From: the human T2T-CHM13v2.0 reference genome, Homo sapiens
Length of the DNA: 64,000 bases
Direction: 5' to 3' (one strand)
Assembly: GCF_009914755.1 (NCBI RefSeq)
Contig: NC_060940.1
The notes beneath the pieces are model-generated. The model had not been told where the DNA came from. It saw only the letters and a program-made list of their open reading frames with translations, and did not search any database. Positions 57,231 to 64,000 of this stretch are shown piece by piece; the first letter of the stretch is position 1; every line of letters starts with the position of its first letter. Both the position numbers and the translations under genes were made by a program.

Positions 57231-58524
57231 AAAGGTCCTAGCAGCTGGCTGCAAGCCGCTCTCTCACTTGTAAATGAGAGCGGTGCTGGAAAGCAAGCTC
57301 CTGCTTCTGTATTTGTTCAGGCCATGGAGGGAGCACCTCCTACCCCAAACCCACCCAACACCTGTTGAGAAACACTGACCCCATTGCACAGTTTGGATTT
57401 ACACGGACTCTGTATAACACCTTGTAAAGAAAGCCACTGGTGCAGAAGATTAAAGAATGCCATTAAGTAAGTTGTTTTATTTCTTCTGAGACCGAAGGAA
57501 GGCTGAAAAAGTGCAAGGACATGTCGCTGAGTTATTTACTCTGTTACCAGGGACTGTGCATTGCCTCCCAAAAGCACGCCAGCTGGGTCACCATGGTCGT
57601 TTATAAGGTGTGAATGTGGAGGGGGGGCCAGCGCCATCCTGGGGGGAAGCTTGGAGCAGTCACGTGGATCTAAATGGAAAGTTAGTGCCAGTAAAAGCTC
57701 CTGGGGCCGGCCTGGCGTCCTGGCCCTGGCAGGACACTGAAGGAGGTCTGCACAGCTCCATGAGTGCCCACAAGTCCCTGGGTGGAATGCCTGTCAAGAC
57801 CCTGCCCATTTGGGCTGCTGTGTCCCTTTATGAAGTTCTGCAAATCCTTTTCTGGAGCTCAGGGTGAATGGAGCCCCTTTCGCTCCCAGCTGCCTAGGAG
57901 CATGGGAGCGGGGAGGGTTTCACACCGGGGCTGAAGACAGCTCGTGCTACACGTGAGGCTGTCTGGGTTTCTGGCCTCCTTCTGGCCTGCTCCCTGAGCA
58001 GCTGGCTTGAGGGAGCACAGGGGTCTTGGAAAAGTACCCTAGGGTTGCAGGGGACAGATGCGGACTTGTAGAGGACAGATTTGGACTTGAATTGGCTTGG
58101 GCCAAGGAGAAGGCTTTGCTGTAAGGGGACCCAGAAAGCTCACGAGACCCTCAGGCAGACAGAGGCCTTCAGGAAGTGAGGCAGGCACGGTCTGTCTGTC
58201 TGTCTGTCTGCCACCCTCTGCTTGACCACTCACCTCTGTGTCCCGTGTTCTTGGGTGTGTATCTCCTGCCTCTCTCCCACTCCAGACCCTCTTTCTGGGG
58301 TCGTGAGTACACATAGTGGAATATGAACGCCGCATGGCCCCCAAATGATGTGCCACCATTCAGGTCACCCCCAGAGAGCAGCGTCTCTGAATCCCAAATT
58401 TCTAAGTGAGAGAATTTGTTGGCCAACCTGGAGTCAAATGTCTATCCCCAGCCTGACTAATAATGGCCAAGGGGGTCACACAAAATGTCACTGTCTGCTC
58501 CTTTTCTCCTCCTAGAGCCACTGC

Positions 58525-59010
58525 TCATCCTGTCAGTCGACGAATACACTGAGCACCTACAACATGCCAGGCAGGGTGCTAGAGGGGGACCTGAGGCCTG
58601 GAAGGAGGAAGGAAGGAGGCCTGGCCTTTGCCCTTGGGATGTTGCTATCCCAGTGAGAGGGGCAGATACAGAGGCAGTAGTCACAGATGAAATCCCAGCC
58701 TCTGGAAGCCCCATGAGAGAAAGGTGCCCGACGCCAAGAACTTGTGGTGCAGATGGGGGTGGGATGACCCGGGAGTTAAAATCAAAACACTGCATAGACA
58801 TTAACCAGGCAGGTGAAGGAGAAAGAGCCTCCAGGCAGAGGACAGAGCACAGACCAAGGCCCTGCCCTTGACCCTAGGCTGGGCCTGCTTGGCCAACAGC
58901 ATGCAGTATACAGGGTGGGGAAGGCCGGTGGGCAGCAGCCCCTGGATGGGCAAGGCAGGTATGGGGGCAGCCGGGGAGACTGGGTTGGGGCGGAGGGCTG
59001 GCAGTGCTGT
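58525..59010 (-). mobile_element. L2 3' fragment
   Basis: actgagcacctacaacatgccaggca...agagcctccaggcagagga. Confidence 0.7.
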
Positions 59011-60393
59011 GAAGACCACGGGAAGGAAGTTAGCCCTTACCGCAGCGACCACAGGCAGCCACTGGGAGGCTGCAAAAGAGAAGCAACTCAGGCATGCAGG
59101 GGCCTCCAGGAGCCGCCGGTTTTCAGGTCCCCTGGAAGGCGAGCCCAACTGGGTCCATCGAGTTCAGCTTCACTCCCCATGCCTCCACGCTCAGTGCTCT
59201 CCACCCAGGAACTCCATTCCAGAGGATCTGAGACCTGCCTTGCCCTGTGGTCCTGCCTCTGGCTCTCCCATTTTTGGTCTGGGCAGCTGGCGCCATAGAG
59301 AAATGTCTCATGCTTAGCCACCTCCCCTACTGGATGCTAACATCCCCTGCACTCTACAGGGAAACACGGGGCCTGACTTGGCACAGGGACCATACGCAGA
59401 GGCCGGCGAGCTCCAGGTAAACCTGTGCCGCCCCTCCCTCTGCCTGGGGAGAGATCTGCATCCTTAAGTCTTCAGAGGAAGACCACGTGAAGACAATGGC
59501 AATGACGGTACACTTGGCGGGTACTGCCACACTGCGCATTGGCAAGGACTGGCCCGGCCTCACCCCGGGCATCAGAGCTGTCATTTTACCCATCTCAGTG
59601 ACAAAGAAGCAAAGGTACAGAGGGGAGGAGCCTCAGCACAGCCACGTGGCCAGGGGCAGTGCAGCTAGTTCTGAACTCACAACCAGCCTCCTGAGCCCCC
59701 ATTTTAACCACATCAGCCTATGACCCCCCCACACACATCCCGAAAACGCAGCCCAGTTAGGTCAGGCTGTGGGTCTGTGCATGGTGCTCTGGCTCAACAT
59801 CCAGTCAAGTCCAAACTTGTGGCTGTGCTCCAGAGGAGCCTGAATGACCCAGCTGTGCTCACCCTGCCCTGGCCATGGGGCCTCTCCCCCAGGTCCCCTG
59901 GGGGCACCCTGTACCCCTGCCACCCTCCCGCTTAACACTTACAGAACACTCACATTTTCTACAAGTATTGGGGGAACCCTAATTCCCCAGGTGGCACAAT
60001 GGAGCTCACTCTGCCTCTGCTCAGGGAAGGACCCCAACCTCAGAGCCGGGCAGCCACAGACCTGAGCCTCAGCCCCTCCCACACCTCCAGCTGCACCCGG
60101 GCAGGGGAGGGACCCCCAGGGGCTGGCCAGGCAGGTGCTGGGACTCTGGATCTAGCACTCTGAAGGAAGTGGGCGGGTGGGGGGGCTTCCAAAGGCTGTT
60201 TGAGAAGCCTGTCTCTTGGCAGGAGAGGTGGAGGCACTGGTGTCCAGTTATTCCTCCCTTGAGGGAAGCCCCTCTTCTTGGAAGGGAGGCACCTAACTTG
60301 AAAGACACTGACAGAAATGAGCATGAGTTTTGTGTGGGTAGCGATGCAAACGAACCTGGTTGGGAGAAAAAACAACCCCAGAGGTTATTGTTT

Positions 60394-60727
<334 letters not shown>

Positions 60728-61119
60728 TAACATTAACTAGCTTTGTAGCTAATCTTATCACACAGTAATCCAAAAGCCTTTCCCGATGGAATCTATAAAC
60801 CCCTGTTCCTGAATGCACCTTGCCATCTTACTGTTTCCAGTCCTGCCATCACATCATCTCCCTGACCAATGAGTTAGTCCATCAGTCTCTGGCATGTTTT
60901 TATTTTCTAATTGTGTGGAGTCATGGTTTTAATTGTAATACTATACTTTAACAAATATCATCACGGATGGCTTCCTAAGGAAAATCTACATTCAGCTGGG
61001 CTGGGACAGACGACTTAGACACCTGAGTAGGGCGGGTATGCCAGGCAGAGGCAGGACTCCAGTCTCCACCAGCAGAGCCACACCCATGCCAGTCATTCCG
61101 TTCCACTTGGCTGGTGCTG

Positions 61120-61879
<760 letters not shown>

Positions 61880-62831
61880 TGGATGAGGTGTTTTTAAGGA
61901 AAGCCGATGAATTTATCTGGCTTCAATGGGAGAAACCGTATAGTTGGAGATTAGGCTGGAAGAATTTGTGAGGAATAAATAAATTAAAGAACCTCTAAAC
62001 AGTGGAATATTCTGTATTCCAGAATGAGTAGCTTTGTCTGTGCTGATACAGAGAAAGCTCTAAGATATATTAAATATATTTTATAACTAACAATACTCAG
62101 GATCCGTTGTTAACATTTTTTAAAAGTATTGAAAAAAATGGTACAAGTAGAATGATATTATTTATGTATTAAACTATGTAAGTACAGATGTAAACATAAA
62201 TATGATTTTATACATCAGAAATTTTCTAGAGAGAACAACGGAAAATTGCCCCAAACCTGGCCTGGGAAAGAACTGATGTCATTCACAACTTCCTTCTGGG
62301 AAGAAATGGGTGTTTGTATGAAATGCATTAAGTTGATTTTCAGATAAACTTCAAGTCAACCCTCAGTCAACAATAAATGATTATTAACCAGTTATTCTTT
62401 TTTCTTGTGTCCAGGCTGAGATTTCAGAAGTGAGGGAGCCTTTTAGTCTTCATTTCATGTGGTTTCATAATCTTTAAGTTTTGCCATTGCCAGTATTATT
62501 TTAACAAATGTATTTGAGGATCAAACACATATCACGTCCAGGTTGTGGAGAAGCTTAAATGCCATGCGAAGAATCTGAAATTATCATGCAAGGAGGAGGG
62601 GACAATGGAAGGTTTTGAGCCAGCAAATTCCTGAGCAAAAGTGTCATTTTTTACCTGGAACGAGTGACTTCCCTCCCACCCCCCTTGCCTGCCTGTGTTC
62701 TCCTAAGCTTCTCCTAAAATGAGGTTTGGAAACTGCGGTTCTTTCAACTGAATACTCAGAATAGATTTAAACAGAAAATGACTGTGAAGAAAAATTATAA
62801 AACAGTTTGAAGTGGGCAAAAAAAAGGTTAT

Positions 62832-63027
62832 TGGATATCAATTGGAATGATTTCTCAATTAATATCAATTAATTTTATTAATTTTGTTGATTCGGATAAT
62901 ATTCGATCAAGTATCAAAGGATTCTTCAATCAATTAATTTTATTTATTCCAATGATATCGAATCAAGTATCGGTGGATATTTCAATCAGTTAATTTTATT
63001 GATTCCAGTGATATGAATTGGAATGCT
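62832..63027. repeat. AT-rich degenerate tandem repeat (~56-65 bp, about 3 copies)
   Basis: tca(a/g)ttaattttatt at 62865, 62930 and 62986. Confidence 0.8.
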
Positions 63028-64000
63028 GAGAATTGTCTAGCAAGCCCTGCGGGGTCATCTGGTTCTGCAGAGCTGTGCGCTGCTGGAGCAGGCTGGTCAG
63101 CCACTCTGGACATTATAGAACACAGAGAGTAACACGCATGAGTCTCACCCCTAGGAATCCAAATTACGTCTGCCCTATGGAGATACAATTAATTCACCCT
63201 GTAGAAAACTTGGTTCCAAGCATTACATCTTCAGCCCTAGAGGCATAAACTAGGTGTGTGCCTATTCAGGAATTCATTTTGGTTCTTCCTGATTTCCTCA
63301 TGCCTGTGCTTCACATCCTTTGAGTCAGCTTTCATGTGTCAATCACTTATAAATGATGTATGTAAAATCTCTTAAATGTGTCCATTTGATACTTGCATAA
63401 GAGCCTTGATTTTACCTTTTGAAAGCTGTATCGTTTAGCATGGCCAAACCAGACCAGAAGAAATGAGGCAATAGCTCTGTTCCACAGTTATCGTCTATCG
63501 AGAGAGGAATTCAAGATGACCAGAATTTAGGGTCTGACTCATTTATGATCCAGCGTGTCAGGAAGCCGGTACCGGGAAAGACAGATGTGATCTGGAAACA
63601 GTTGAGGAGTCAGTTGGGCATGGAGTGGCAGGGGACTGCTCCAGATGTGGCAGAATGGGCTGGGGTGGGGTGAGGATGGAGGAAGAGCTGGGAACGAGAG
63701 AAAATCTGATTATCAGATGCACAAATCGCTGACAGACATGTTTCTGTAATTATAGGATTCTAAGCAGGACAGACAAAAATGAAGAGGTGAGGAGCTGGCT
63801 GTGGGGAAACTTGTTATTCTTGAATCTGAACAATGACGTGTTTTCTTGAAAGATAATCAGATAAGGAAGCAAAAGAGAGATTTGCTCTGAACTGCGCCCA
63901 AGCCCGTGATCGTGCAATATTTACATTAAATTCAAAAGTGAATGAAATGACAGGTCAGCCAACAGGAGAGTAGTTTTTGCCTGTAAAGGCACTCTTCTTA

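Overview
Primate (most likely human) genomic DNA with many Alu, L1, MIR, L2, MaLR/ERVL LTR and DNA-transposon relics, several long low-complexity arrays and a ~1.9-kb 18-bp VNTR next to a CpG-rich segment. I see no intact protein-coding gene; the long ORFs in the track come from simple repeats or Alus. The main hidden feature is a decayed, intron-containing class A (rhodopsin-like) GPCR gene on the minus strand (~50219 to 46057). Manual translation across frameshifts recovers TM1-TM3 and TM5-TM7/helix 8 motifs with near-canonical spacing; TM4 is ambiguous. An AluY splits TM2, and an 84-bp copy of TM5 sits in an intron. Several repeat-free, motif-dense islands (about 8.7-9.0, 14.8-15.1, 34.9-35.05 and 63.7-64.0 kb) look like developmental enhancers. 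Repeat subfamily names are from memory of consensus sequences, not database searches, and repeat boundaries without TSDs are approximate.
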